From positions 1-64,000 of the IMG/VR virus record IMGVR_UViG_3300034066_001346: 64,000 nt of DNA; one strand, given 5' to 3'. Source of the stretch: a virus. The notes beneath the pieces were generated by a model that was given only the letters and a program-made list of their open reading frames with translations, was not told the DNA's origin and did no database searches. Within the stretch, counting starts at the first letter, position 1, and the number at the start of each line of letters is the position of its first letter. Below are positions 1 through 9,913 of this stretch, in pieces. Made by a program: the position numbers and the translations under genes.

Positions 1-128
1 GCTTCTGCTGCTGCTTGGGCTGCGTTAGCCTTTGATGTTGCATCTGCTGATGCAGTTGCTTCTGCTGCTGCTTGGGCTGCGTTAGCCTTTGATGTTGCAT
101 CTGCTGATGCAGTTGCTTCTGCTGCTGT
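1..128. repeat. 57-bp perfect tandem repeat (more than 2 units) encoding AEATASADATSKANAAQAA
   Basis: Bases 1-57 are identical to 58-114, with a partial third unit. Confidence 0.95.
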
Positions 129-371
129 TTGTGCCGATGCTGCTGAACCTGCTGGATCAAATACTCCAGACTTTATAGATAACTTTCCAGCGCCGCTTAC
201 TTCAAGCTGTGTAGCCTCTACCGATTTTACAAGAGTGGCTCCACCGACAAGGTTGAGGATATAGGAATCTCCGCCTGTCTCTGTAAGTATATTTTGACCA
301 TTGATTGTACCTGTAGCACCCTCAACAATGAGTCCATGTTTAATTCTAAAGTTCTTATTTACTGTTGCCAT
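1..371 (-). CDS. Tail fibre-like structural protein, N-terminal part (runs off the window)
   Basis: ATG at 371 after GGAG; MATVNKNFRIKHGLIVEG followed by Ala-rich 19-aa repeats; sits in the tail gene cluster. Confidence 0.6.
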   Translation of the reverse strand, partial: MATVNKNFRIKHGLIVEGATGTINGQNILTETGGDSYILNLVGGATLVKSVEATQLEVSGAGKLSIKSGVFDPAGSAASAQTAAEATASADATSKANAAQAAAEATASADATSKANAAQAAAE

Positions 372-392
372 CTATATGACTCCTTTTACTGC

Positions 393-956
393 TTATTTTT
401 TAACTGCTGTTCTGTAATATCTTGCTGTAACAGCAGTACTTACAGGGGCTATCTTTAAACTAATTATACCTGAATTTAATTCAAAAGTATAAGTAAATAG
501 GTCATTATCTGTGTTTGAGATAATGTTTGATTCTGATACATTGATGTTGCTTCCATCATTTAGAAGAAGTATCTCTGAGGCATACATTTCTGATCCTCTT
601 GTAATTTGCAAAGTATACTTGACTGTTGCCCAAGCATTTGCTGTAAATGTATCCAAGGTTGTTGGATTTTCAATATCACAAACAGTTGAAGAAGTATCGT
701 TGTTTCCCTCTAATCCAAGTAACTCTACCGTTGTAGCGTTACTTGAGCCTAAGTTTGCTATCTGATCTTCTACTGTTGCAATTTTATAGTCTAATGAATC
801 TGGATCTGTAGACCCATCAATTCCAACCTTTGCTTGCAATGCTTCAATAGCATCATTTGCATCTGCGTGCTGTTGAGAATGAGATGGTGCTGATAATTTG
901 TTTGTAGATGTTGGATTGATTAATACATCTAAATCTACTGGGAAATCTATTGCCAT
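393..956 (-). CDS. Virion structural / tail-associated protein
   Basis: 187-aa ORF with the HxxxHxxxNDAIEALQAKVG motif seen in phage fibre proteins; gene context. Confidence 0.55.
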   Translation of the reverse strand: MAIDFPVDLDVLINPTSTNKLSAPSHSQQHADANDAIEALQAKVGIDGSTDPDSLDYKIATVEDQIANLGSSNATTVELLGLEGNNDTSSTVCDIENPTTLDTFTANAWATVKYTLQITRGSEMYASEILLLNDGSNINVSESNIISNTDNDLFTYTFELNSGIISLKIAPVSTAVTARYYRTAVKK

Positions 957-1007
957 TTTTTTGCCTCCAGGCAGTGGTGCTTATTAACTAATTATATCGT
1001 ATTTTAT

Positions 1008-1379
1008 TTATGGTGCGCCGCCATCAAACAAACTTAACTCAAATAATGTTGGTGTTTCATCTTGTAGTGAAGCTGGTGTTCCACCTTCAATAGAATCGAC
1101 TATTGGAAGCTCTTCTATTACGGTTGATGGCTCTTCGTTATTAATGTTTGTAAATAAAACTGGATTTTTTAAATCAATTGTATGAACATCTCCATCGTAA
1201 GTGTGGGTGTGCATATAGAATGGGATTGGGTCTGTATTTTGTGAAATAGTGACCCAGGTTATTCCATTGTGAATCTTTAAGGCTTTATCTGTTGTATTAA
1301 AAAACACATCGCCCTCCGACCCAATTGGGTCGGAAGGGAGTGTTAATAAATTAAGTAAAGACTTAAATTTTCTAGACAT
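1008..1379 (-). CDS. Tail fibre-related protein
   Basis: GDVFFNTTDKALKIHNGITW fibre motif; N-terminus resembles 1381-2313. Confidence 0.55.
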   Translation of the reverse strand: MSRKFKSLLNLLTLPSDPIGSEGDVFFNTTDKALKIHNGITWVTISQNTDPIPFYMHTHTYDGDVHTIDLKNPVLFTNINNEEPSTVIEELPIVDSIEGGTPASLQDETPTLFELSLFDGGAP

Positions 1380-1380
1380 G

Positions 1381-2313
1381 TTAGCCTATGACTACTACTC
1401 TAAACTCATTAAGAGATGGTGCTGCGGCAAACTTAACAGTTACATAGTCAATATTTGTATGCTCTACATCTACCTCAACCTGTCCATAGTCTGCGGCATT
1501 TTGAAATACCTGAACTGTAACGTCTTTTGTACCAAAGACGTGGTCAACTTGAAATGATGTTGCAGTTGCGTCTCCAACAGAAGTTGCATACTTTCTTACA
1601 CCATATCCACTGGAAGGAACAATATTTCCAGATCCATCAAAGTCTAGTCCTGTTCCTAACTTTACTGTTATATTTTCGCTTCCATCAATTTCAATACCGT
1701 TACCTGGTGTTAGTGCGTCCTGCTTGGTATTAATTGAATTTGTTATTGTTGTAAAATAATTTGCATCGTCATTGATTGCTGCTGCAATTTCATTTAAAGT
1801 ATTTAATAAACCTGGAGCTCCGTCAACAAGATTATTGATTGCTGTATCTGTATATAGTTGATAAGCAGTCGTAATTGCTGTTTCACGAACGTCTGTATAT
1901 GCTTTTGCATCTACTTCAGCCTGGTCTGCATATGACTCATAAGCAGATGTGATTGCAATTTCACGAGTATCAGTATAATCTTTTGCTTCTTCTAGTGCAT
2001 CTGCTAAATCTTGTGGATTAACAGATATTTGAATCCAGGATGTTCCATTGTCTAAAAATAAAGTACTTGTGTCTGTTGCGGCAAATAGCGTGCCTGCCTT
2101 TGAAGCGGACGGTCTTGCAGACTGAATACCAAACTTAGTTGAGCCTCCTGAAATCCACTGAGAACCATCGTAGAACTTTGTTACATTTTCTTGAGTATTA
2201 AAGTAAATCTGACCTGCCACTGGTGAAGATGGGTCGGAGGCCAGGTTTTGTAATCTAGCATTTAGTAACTCATTTTTATTGAGGTCTAAACTAACTAAAA
2301 ATTTTCTTGCCAT
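1381..2313 (-). CDS. Tail fibre-related structural protein
   Basis: GQIYFNT..YDGSQW motif and [22 protein letters not shown] fibre motif. Confidence 0.65.
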   Translation of the reverse strand: MARKFLVSLDLNKNELLNARLQNLASDPSSPVAGQIYFNTQENVTKFYDGSQWISGGSTKFGIQSARPSASKAGTLFAATDTSTLFLDNGTSWIQISVNPQDLADALEEAKDYTDTREIAITSAYESYADQAEVDAKAYTDVRETAITTAYQLYTDTAINNLVDGAPGLLNTLNEIAAAINDDANYFTTITNSINTKQDALTPGNGIEIDGSENITVKLGTGLDFDGSGNIVPSSGYGVRKYATSVGDATATSFQVDHVFGTKDVTVQVFQNAADYGQVEVDVEHTNIDYVTVKFAAAPSLNEFRVVVIG

Positions 2314-2326
2314 TTTTTATTCTCCT

Positions 2327-2782
2327 TTATGACAGGTATGCTGTCCCTGAAAATGGTTGAGCCATTGTCAGCTTTATTGTATTTGTATTGATATAGTCTA
2401 TTCCAGTTTCTACTAAATCTCCTGCGCTGTCTTTAATTGTAGCATTTGGATAGAATCCTAAGTTGTGTGTTATGTTTACATAGTAAAAGTTATTAATGGC
2501 GTCATTTTGAACTTGAGTAAGCTCCCAGCTTGTTGTATAAGCATAGTCTGCACCTTCTTGAATAAATTTTATTATTGTTGCTTCAGACCAAGTTGTATCA
2601 GATACTTTTGGCCCATAAAAATCTGTTGTCGATGTGTTGTAATAAAAATCACCTTGAAGGCCTAGGTTGTTAGCAGGTGCACCAGTACCACTTAAAATAG
2701 TTCTACCTCTTGGTCCTTGTGGGCCAGGAGTTGAAATTATTACTTTGTTTTTGGTTTCTTTTACTATTACTTTTTCAGCCAT
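2327..2782 (-). CDS. Tail-associated protein with short collagen-like GPQGPRG
   Basis: GPQGPRG, GDFYYNT and HNLG motifs. Confidence 0.55.
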   Translation of the reverse strand: MAEKVIVKETKNKVIISTPGPQGPRGRTILSGTGAPANNLGLQGDFYYNTSTTDFYGPKVSDTTWSEATIIKFIQEGADYAYTTSWELTQVQNDAINNFYYVNITHNLGFYPNATIKDSAGDLVETGIDYINTNTIKLTMAQPFSGTAYLS

Positions 2783-3132
2783 TAGATGGTAACCGATCTA
2801 CTGAGCGTCATAAAACCCTCAAGGAGTTTTATTTTATTCCCATTAGAATCAATTATCATAATGTCATAAGAAGATTTTGGATAGAACAGCTTATTAGTTT
2901 GAGTTGGTGTCATTTTTACAGTTAATGTTCCTTCTGGACCATCTATTGTAATTCCCCCGCTTGGTGAAGTTAATGTAAAAGCTAACTTCGATCCACCTTG
3001 GGTGTCACGAACCTGCATCTTTGCGGATGCACCAGTAATATCAATAGGCGTTACTTCATCTTCCAAAGTGTATTGAACTTCAAAAATGAATGTAGCATTT
3101 TGATCTACTTCAAAGTTTTTTGATACTGCCAT
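2782..3132 (-). CDS. Baseplate/tail adaptor-like protein (BppU N-terminal-like)
   Basis: DQNATF..DITGASAKMQVR..YDI..KLLEG pattern. Confidence 0.5.
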   Translation of the reverse strand: MAVSKNFEVDQNATFIFEVQYTLEDEVTPIDITGASAKMQVRDTQGGSKLAFTLTSPSGGITIDGPEGTLTVKMTPTQTNKLFYPKSSYDIMIIDSNGNKIKLLEGFMTLSRSVTI

Positions 3133-3201
3133 TTGCCATAGTCTCCTAAATAGGAATACTCCTGTACCAATTTTAGCACAGGAGTATTTCTAATCAACTA
3201 T

Positions 3202-3441
3202 TTACTTTGGGCTTTTAAAACCAAATTCTTGGTTGCTTGGGCTCAGTGCCTTTAGGATAACTGGAGCTACCGCTGCAACTCCACCCATGAGAAGATCTCT
3301 TGGATTTGTGTTTCCAGTCATATATAATGCAATTGCTGCAGATAAGAATGCTCTTGCGTATGTTCCTAAAGCTGCTAATAATTGTTCTGTCATTGTTACC
3401 TTTCCGTCTTTGTTTAAATCCGCTTTATCGAATTTACTCAT
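3202..3441 (-). CDS. Small membrane protein, holin-like, with an EF-hand-like N-terminus
   Basis: DLNKDGKVT followed by two hydrophobic helices and LKALSP. Confidence 0.5.
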   Translation of the reverse strand: MSKFDKADLNKDGKVTMTEQLLAALGTYARAFLSAAIALYMTGNTNPRDLLMGGVAAVAPVILKALSPSNQEFGFKSPK

Positions 3442-3507
3442 TTTATCATCTCCATTTTGGGCGGTGTGCCCAGAATTTTGGGTTTCCCCAATTATATTAT
3501 TCTACCA

Positions 3508-5442
3508 CTATGCAGATATATCTACAAGCTCACAGTTTCCATCTGAGCTACAGGCTAGGGTTGCACTTGGAGAAGTTCCATCTTCTGTCTCATAAAATGA
3601 AAGATCTTCCCATCGAATGTTCTCTGGCATCTTTGCAAGCAACGATTCATACTCTTCTTTTGTTACTTCTTGATATGGGGCCTGCTTGTAAGTGTGATCT
3701 GAATGCGGAAGGAACGAAATTCCAGATACTTCATCAAAATTCTTATAAACCCAGGCACCGACTTCCATCCACTCTTCTTCTTTTACAGAAACAGTAATAG
3801 ATGGTTTATGCTCACACCATGCACGCTGATAAACAAGCCAAATATTTAAATGATCAATAGCTGTCAAATCATTTCTAACAATTGCACCTTCTGGTGCTTT
3901 TACTGGAAATGAAAATACATATGTGTCATTTGGCTTCATAACATCATCTTCTGTTGGAATTCCAACTTCCTTTAGAAATGTAGAAATTGGATCCCCTTTT
4001 GAACCACGTACTGTACGAATGTAATACTCTGAATGCCATGGGTGCATTCCTGAAGATACCCCGACCAATTGAGACACTGTTCCAGAAGGCTTTACACATG
4101 TAATAGCAGCAGACTCAGGAATCCCAATTTTCCCTGCCTCTTCTTTATTTACTTCTCTTGCTCTGTCACGCATTGACATCAAGAATGCTTCCAGGGCTAC
4201 AATGTCTTCTTTGCCTGACATAAACTTATGTCCAAATTGTCCAGTTAATGAAACTCCAAGTAGTCTTTCTTCTTCTGTATTGTCTTTCCAAATTTTTCTT
4301 AAGTACTTAAAGTCAGTTAAAGTTGACTGCCATGTTCCAAGTATTGTCGCTAACTCTACTTTTCTTTTGATATCTTTCTTTGTATCATTTTCACGTAATA
4401 CGACTTCTGAAAGATTACAAAACTGATAAGGACGTAAAATAATTTCTGAGCATGGGTTAGTTCCGTAGTGTATATCTGGATCTCTTCTTCCGAACTTTGC
4501 TGCTTGTGCTTGCGCCGCTGCAACATTGTAGATTCCACGCTCTCCAGACTTTGAATCATAAAGAGATTTCCATTCTGCAATAAACTGCTCCATCTCTGGC
4601 TTGCGTGAATACGCAACAGAGTTATTTGACAAAGCACGCTGTGGGCTTTGCTCCCACCAGCTACCAGATTTTGCCTGTGCCATTTCAATATCATTAATGT
4701 TAGACAATGAAATCATTGCGGAACGTCTAACTCCGCCAACAACTACGACTTCACCAATTTTACACATAATGTCGTGACATTCAATTGGCTTGAGATTTCT
4801 TCCTGCTGCATTTTTAAATTTAGCAATTGTAAAGTCAAAAAGATTTACTAGCGGCTGTGGTCCAGATGAACGGCCACCCATAGTTTTTAGTCTTGCACCA
4901 GATGGTCTAACTTTTGTAACATCAATTGCTGGTATATGGCCAGTCCATAATAATGCGAGAAGTTCACGGTACGCTTTAGCCCAACCCTGCTTTGAATCTT
5001 CTACAACAATCACGGTATCTGACTTTTCTAGCTTTTCTGGAACTGGAGGAAGCTTATTTATGTACTTATACTCTACTGAAAATCCTACACCAGTTCCACA
5101 CATTAAAACATACATCGTTTCATCAAAAGATCTTGGTGAGTCTACTGGAAGAAAGGCACAATTGTATCCAGCAACATTATCTCTTTCTAAAGCAGCCCCT
5201 GAAGTCATAACTGATCTCATAGACGGCATAACGTTTCTTTCAAAAACAAAACTTTTTAATTCCGATACTAAACTATCGCTTGGAACATAGTTGTGATTTT
5301 CCTTCAGGTGGTTTGTCATAAATGCAAAGTATCTATCTACAGTCTCCTGCCATGTTTCTCTGCGACCTTCTGATTCAACCCATTTTGCATATCTTGATAA
5401 AGCAATAAAATTTTCGTATGGGTTTTTAATAGTTTTTGACAT
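3508..5442 (-). CDS. nrdJ: Class II (adenosylcobalamin-dependent) ribonucleotide reductase
   Basis: TNPCSE active site, CNLSEV, TCVKPSGT, C-terminal CSSDGNC; no small subunit in the window. Confidence 0.9.
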   Translation of the reverse strand: MSKTIKNPYENFIALSRYAKWVESEGRRETWQETVDRYFAFMTNHLKENHNYVPSDSLVSELKSFVFERNVMPSMRSVMTSGAALERDNVAGYNCAFLPVDSPRSFDETMYVLMCGTGVGFSVEYKYINKLPPVPEKLEKSDTVIVVEDSKQGWAKAYRELLALLWTGHIPAIDVTKVRPSGARLKTMGGRSSGPQPLVNLFDFTIAKFKNAAGRNLKPIECHDIMCKIGEVVVVGGVRRSAMISLSNINDIEMAQAKSGSWWEQSPQRALSNNSVAYSRKPEMEQFIAEWKSLYDSKSGERGIYNVAAAQAQAAKFGRRDPDIHYGTNPCSEIILRPYQFCNLSEVVLRENDTKKDIKRKVELATILGTWQSTLTDFKYLRKIWKDNTEEERLLGVSLTGQFGHKFMSGKEDIVALEAFLMSMRDRAREVNKEEAGKIGIPESAAITCVKPSGTVSQLVGVSSGMHPWHSEYYIRTVRGSKGDPISTFLKEVGIPTEDDVMKPNDTYVFSFPVKAPEGAIVRNDLTAIDHLNIWLVYQRAWCEHKPSITVSVKEEEWMEVGAWVYKNFDEVSGISFLPHSDHTYKQAPYQEVTKEEYESLLAKMPENIRWEDLSFYETEDGTSPSATLACSSDGNCELVDISA

Positions 5443-5513
5443 TTGTGAGTCTACCTTTTCTCCGCCTTGCGGTTGTTAAATTTTGATTAGTCCCTAAGTG
5501 TATCAAACTTTAT

Positions 5514-6518
5514 TTACTGGGGGAAGGGATTAGAAAATTTTTTAAATATGTCTGAAAAAGCATTATTAGTTAACTGATTCCAATTGTATTCTTCATGAAT
5601 CTTAGTTGCCTGAGAATAGTAATAACCAGAGTAGGCATTAAAATTAATTGATACTTCTCTCATAAGCTCAACTAGATGTTGACGGTTAGGTTCAAAGACT
5701 TTTCCTTCATGTGGGAATTGCCATGGGGAATCAATTAACTCTGACTTTAACTTTAATGGCCCAAGATACTTTTTATAGTGAGCCCAGGATGCTGTACATA
5801 TTGTTGGCATTCCAGTTGCAAGAGCTTGAAGCGGAATAAATCCAAATCCTTCTCCATAGCTTGGATAAACTAAAACATCATGATCATGATAAAGCTTTAC
5901 TAAATCTTCTTCATTTAAATTATCTGTTATAACCTTTACATTTTGATATAAATTTTGAGGAAGACCAATTATGTTTTTATCTATGTAATTATTATAAACT
6001 CTAGTAGTATTTACACCATATGCTTTTATTGTTAATGAATAATTTGGATTATCTGCAAACAAGGAAAGAAACGCATCCAACACCATTTGCCCAGCTTTTC
6101 TTGGTGCTGGTTCTCCTATATGTAAAAATTTAATTACTCCGTCATCGCTTCTTCTTTTTGGAACCCACGCAGAAGATATTCCATGAGGAAAAACTTTAAT
6201 ATCAGAGTAGCCGTTTGATTCAAATACGTTAGCGCACCAATCCGAAGTTGTCCAAATTTCATCTACAACCTCTAAATTTGGTTTCCATATAGAAGGGATT
6301 ACGGTAGACTCCCAGGGGGTATAAGAAATTTGATATTGGTTTCTATGCATTTTAAAATGATCTGGTTGAGAAAAATTTAACTGAACTTGAGCCTTTGGAC
6401 TTTGAAATGGAACTGTGTGTCCTAAATTAATTAAAGATTCAACTATATTTAATCCTGCATAACCGTACCCATTATTATTTTTCATATTAATAGTTGGTGT
6501 TGAAAACGATATTTGCAT
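5514..6518 (-). CDS. Glycosyltransferase family 4 (GT-B)
   Basis: RKAG and YPSYGEGFGFIPLQALATGMP motifs. Confidence 0.85.
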   Translation of the reverse strand: MQISFSTPTINMKNNNGYGYAGLNIVESLINLGHTVPFQSPKAQVQLNFSQPDHFKMHRNQYQISYTPWESTVIPSIWKPNLEVVDEIWTTSDWCANVFESNGYSDIKVFPHGISSAWVPKRRSDDGVIKFLHIGEPAPRKAGQMVLDAFLSLFADNPNYSLTIKAYGVNTTRVYNNYIDKNIIGLPQNLYQNVKVITDNLNEEDLVKLYHDHDVLVYPSYGEGFGFIPLQALATGMPTICTASWAHYKKYLGPLKLKSELIDSPWQFPHEGKVFEPNRQHLVELMREVSINFNAYSGYYYSQATKIHEEYNWNQLTNNAFSDIFKKFSNPFPQ

Positions 6519-6599
6519 AAAACCTTCCTAGTTGACTGGCTTGACACTACTTGCTAGTAGATGTTATTATTATAGTTCGTTATCTCTCTAAAGGAGGAA

Positions 6600-7157
6600 A
6601 TGCCAATGGAGAATATAAAACAAAAGCTGAGCGATTTTGCTCATAGTATGACTGTAGTAGTAATGATAACATTATTTCTATTTACAAACAATACTGTGAT
6701 TCCCGCTCAAGCTTTGAAAGTACAACCAAAGACAGAAGTACAACTTAAGAAAGAAACCTTAGAAAAGTACAGCAATACTGTTTACAAGCCTTCGGAAAAG
6801 CTTTCAGACTACGAGTTGAAAGAGCTACTGGCAGCAGTAGGTTTTGAAGGAAAAGCCCTTAGAACGGCTTGGGCCATTGCTAAGACGGAGTCCAGTGGAC
6901 GCCCATTAGCATACAATGGCAACAGGAATACTGGAGACAGTTCCTATGGAATTTTTCAGATCAACATGTTGGGAAACCTTGGTGTTGCTCGTAAAGAAAA
7001 ATTTGACCTGAGATCAAATGTACTATTATTTGATCCAGTAATAAATGCAGAGATAACGTACTACATGACTAATGGCGGTTTAAATTGGTCGGCTTGGAAG
7101 GGATTAACCCCAAGAGCAAAGGAGTTTTACTTAAAATTCCCAACTACACAGAAGTAG
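6600..7157 (+). CDS. Secreted lysozyme-like / lytic transglycosylase
   Basis: N-terminal hydrophobic segment; AIAKTESSG, SYGIFQIN and WSAW motifs. Confidence 0.8.
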   Translation: MPMENIKQKLSDFAHSMTVVVMITLFLFTNNTVIPAQALKVQPKTEVQLKKETLEKYSNTVYKPSEKLSDYELKELLAAVGFEGKALRTAWAIAKTESSGRPLAYNGNRNTGDSSYGIFQINMLGNLGVARKEKFDLRSNVLLFDPVINAEITYYMTNGGLNWSAWKGLTPRAKEFYLKFPTTQK

Positions 7158-7163
7158 GAGAAA

Positions 7164-7379
7164 ATGCGTAAGATACAGCATGTATCTAAATACATAGCAC
7201 TTTCTGAAGAAGGCCTTGTACCTAGACTGGAATGTCCACTAGATCAAGGTCTTCTTTTTTCTAACCAAACGGATCTTGATGAGGTTTACTTATATTGCTT
7301 ATCTTGTGATTATAAAAAATTTATAGGGTTTGGGTTTTACGATGAAATAATTAAGGCGGTGGAAAAATATGGAAAATAA
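7164..7379 (+). CDS. Small Zn-ribbon-like hypothetical protein
   Basis: CPLD..CLSC; GGAG RBS. Confidence 0.55.
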   Translation: MRKIQHVSKYIALSEEGLVPRLECPLDQGLLFSNQTDLDEVYLYCLSCDYKKFIGFGFYDEIIKAVEKYGK

Positions 7380-7587
7380 TGAAGAGAAGTCTATAGAAGA
7401 AAACCTACCTATGGTTAACTATATAATGCTTCACAGAATATACGACATGCTTACACTGATTGCAAATAAAGTGGTTGGTGGCGATGAAGTTAATAAAATG
7501 GTAGAATATCATGAAAGCGGATACCTTTTGGGACCAGCGCCATCTTATAACGCTGGTATAGACGAAAATGAGGAAAAAAATGGATAA
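7369..7587 (+). CDS. Hypothetical protein
   Basis: Overlapping operon-like ORF. Confidence 0.55.
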   Translation: MENNEEKSIEENLPMVNYIMLHRIYDMLTLIANKVVGGDEVNKMVEYHESGYLLGPAPSYNAGIDENEEKNG

Positions 7588-7768
7588 AGAAAAAATTGTA
7601 ATGTCAATGCTAGAAAAAATCAACAATGATACAAGAGCAATGGGTGTGCAAAATGGAATTGATCTTATGGAAATTGAACAGCAGATCATAAAAAACCAGC
7701 CTAGCTTAATATATCTATTAGCTAACCTACATGACTTTATTATTGAAAAAGAATTTTTTAAAAGCTAA
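7580..7768 (+). CDS. Hypothetical protein
   Basis: Overlapping ORF; GAGG RBS before MDKEK. Confidence 0.5.
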   Translation: MDKEKIVMSMLEKINNDTRAMGVQNGIDLMEIEQQIIKNQPSLIYLLANLHDFIIEKEFFKS

Positions 7769-7770
7769 CA

Positions 7771-7799
7771 TTGACTTTAAATAAATACACTAATACAAT
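7771..7799 (+). promoter_or_regulatory. SigA-type promoter TTGACT-N17-TACAAT
   Basis: Near-consensus hexamers with 17-bp spacing. Confidence 0.75.
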
Positions 7800-7802
7800 A
7801 GA

Positions 7803-7895
7803 ATTGTGTTAGTTGAAGCGTTTATTCGTTCCTAATACAATGTACTACTTATAGTACAAAACCCCAATTGGATCCGCCTCCAATTGGGGTTTTTA
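7803..7895 (+). ncRNA. Candidate ~90-nt three-hairpin small RNA
   Basis: Lies between a promoter and a 15-bp-stem terminator; no ORF; hairpins at 7803-7841, 7842-7857 and 7858-7893. Confidence 0.55.
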
Positions 7896-8062
7896 TATAT
7901 CTAAAAGTGGTATAATTAATTTATGCCAAGAGATCACTTTGCAAGAACAATGAGAAGCCCTTACTTTCAGTATTCTGAAAACCAAGAATTAATTGAATGT
8001 AAATGCATTAGATGTAAATGTGAAAACTTTTTTATAAACTTTTTTAAAAAGAAATAATATAT

Positions 8063-8665
8063 TTAAGCAATAAATAAACCTGGATACTGGTACATAAAAT
8101 CCATATATGAATATCTTACTCCAGATAAGATTTTTTTCACACCATTTCTATACTCTGGATTAGATGAAAATATTATTAAATCACCAGAATTTGGCTTATA
8201 CTCAATTTGTCTGTCTGGAAAATAAATTTCCCCTCCAGTAAAGTCTCCAAAAAAGGCACATATTTTATATTCTATTTTTATTTCAACTTCTTCTACTGGA
8301 GTAAAATTTGTGTAGGTTGGCTCATGAAGATCTCCTGGCAGCATTCTTATTAAAGAATTCATTTTATTTGTCCAGTACTCTGGAGCTATCAAATTAACTA
8401 TATTATCATGAAAACCTAATAAATAAAATCCAATATCATGAGATATTCTTCCATAAGTAAATAAATGTGAAATGTCTCCTTCTTCATAATTAAAATGCTC
8501 TTTTTTTGACTGATTTAAATCAAATGGAGCTAGCCCTTCCAAAATTAAATCTATTAAATCTTTTTTAAAGAAATTTTTATAAAGGTATATTTCATCATCT
8601 AATTTAATTACATCTTTATGATTTTTAAATTTTGGATCTAAATATCTAATTAAATCTTTACTCAT
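8063..8665 (-). CDS. 2OG-Fe(II) oxygenase-fold protein with degenerate metal ligands
   Basis: DFTGGEIYF..GDLIIF..GVKKILSGVRY fold motifs; HxD and distal His absent. Confidence 0.7.
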   Translation of the reverse strand: MSKDLIRYLDPKFKNHKDVIKLDDEIYLYKNFFKKDLIDLILEGLAPFDLNQSKKEHFNYEEGDISHLFTYGRISHDIGFYLLGFHDNIVNLIAPEYWTNKMNSLIRMLPGDLHEPTYTNFTPVEEVEIKIEYKICAFFGDFTGGEIYFPDRQIEYKPNSGDLIIFSSNPEYRNGVKKILSGVRYSYMDFMYQYPGLFIA

Positions 8666-8800
8666 TTTCTAAATCTATATCTTCAAATAAATTAAAGTCA
8701 AACGAGTCTCCGAGACCAATTCTTTTTAACAATTGATAAAGAGCATATCCAGAAGCAATTGATGCTAAAAAGCATAATATAGTTGTAAAAAATTTATTTT

Positions 8801-9721
8801 TCATTGGCCTGGCTTAATAACACAAATATTTTGTCCTGGCATAACATTTGATATTTCGCTTTCATTTTCATATACTCTCATTTCAAATTTTTTAGCCGCA
8901 AATCCTTCTTTTTCTTTTACTTTAAGAAACTCTTTAAAGTCTTCTGGATCCATGCTGTCTCTTGCATCTACAAAATCCTTGCTCCATGCTGAAGACAGAA
9001 ACTGTCTTATATAAAACTTATTTCCTTTTACAGGCTTTACTGCGTGAAAACGATCTGTTCTAAATATTAAAGCGTCTCCAGCTTCCATCTTATACTCTAT
9101 TGGTCTATCAATCAAAAAATATTCAAGTTCTTTGCCATCATAAACCGTAACAGCTTTTTCTGCAGTTTCTAGGTCTGCAAATATTATTTCTCCGCCTTCG
9201 TAATCATCGTTTATATAAATATTGCAATTAAAAATATGCGGAGATCCGCCAAACCAAGGTCTTCTATCTTGATGATATTCCATTGAAAGATTTTTTTCTG
9301 CAGATGTATCTGTTGACTCTAATACTACAACATCTGCAATTCCCCACCTATCCCATACATTTGGTCTAGTTCTATTAGCAATTAGCTCTTCATAAGAAGT
9401 TGGAAAGTCATAGCTTAAACCCAATGAATCAAAGTACTCTTTATTTAAATGATCCTTTTTGTAAACTGAAAGAATATCCCAAAAAACATCTAGGCACTCT
9501 TTTAGCAATTCAGCCCCTTCGCTTGTGTCATTTAAAAATGAATCATCGTCTGCTGGATATGCTTTTGCGTATTCTCCCCAGGGTCTCCAATCTTGCCATT
9601 GACCAAACCACTTGTCCTGCTTTATCTCTTTTTCTTTACGAATAAAAGCGGTGGCAGCTTGAGGGTCCTTTAACACATTTTTAAATAGAAATACGTCTTT
9701 AGATAGTATGATTGGTTTCAT
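8801..9721 (-). CDS. 2OG-Fe(II) oxygenase (P4H-like)
   Basis: HQD, YINDDYEGGE and HAVKPV motifs. Confidence 0.8.
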   Translation of the reverse strand: MKPIILSKDVFLFKNVLKDPQAATAFIRKEKEIKQDKWFGQWQDWRPWGEYAKAYPADDDSFLNDTSEGAELLKECLDVFWDILSVYKKDHLNKEYFDSLGLSYDFPTSYEELIANRTRPNVWDRWGIADVVVLESTDTSAEKNLSMEYHQDRRPWFGGSPHIFNCNIYINDDYEGGEIIFADLETAEKAVTVYDGKELEYFLIDRPIEYKMEAGDALIFRTDRFHAVKPVKGNKFYIRQFLSSAWSKDFVDARDSMDPEDFKEFLKVKEKEGFAAKKFEMRVYENESEISNVMPGQNICVIKPGQ

Positions 9722-9835
9722 ATGTCCATTATACTATAATAGATATTTTATAGTGCAGCTGTATATATTTGCAATATTAAACCTAAAATCATTGTTATTA
9801 CTGCAACTAGAATTACTTTAAATATAGTTTTCATG

Positions 9836-9908
9836 TGTCCCCACTTGGGCTTGAACCAAGGACCCACAGATTAAAAGTCTGTTGCTCTACCGACTGAGCT
9901 ATAGGGAC
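9836..9908 (-). tRNA. tRNA-Lys(UUU)
   Basis: Cloverleaf; anticodon arm ACAGA-CTTTTAA-TCTGT; T-loop TTCAA. Confidence 0.92.
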
Positions 9909-9913
9909 GGAAG

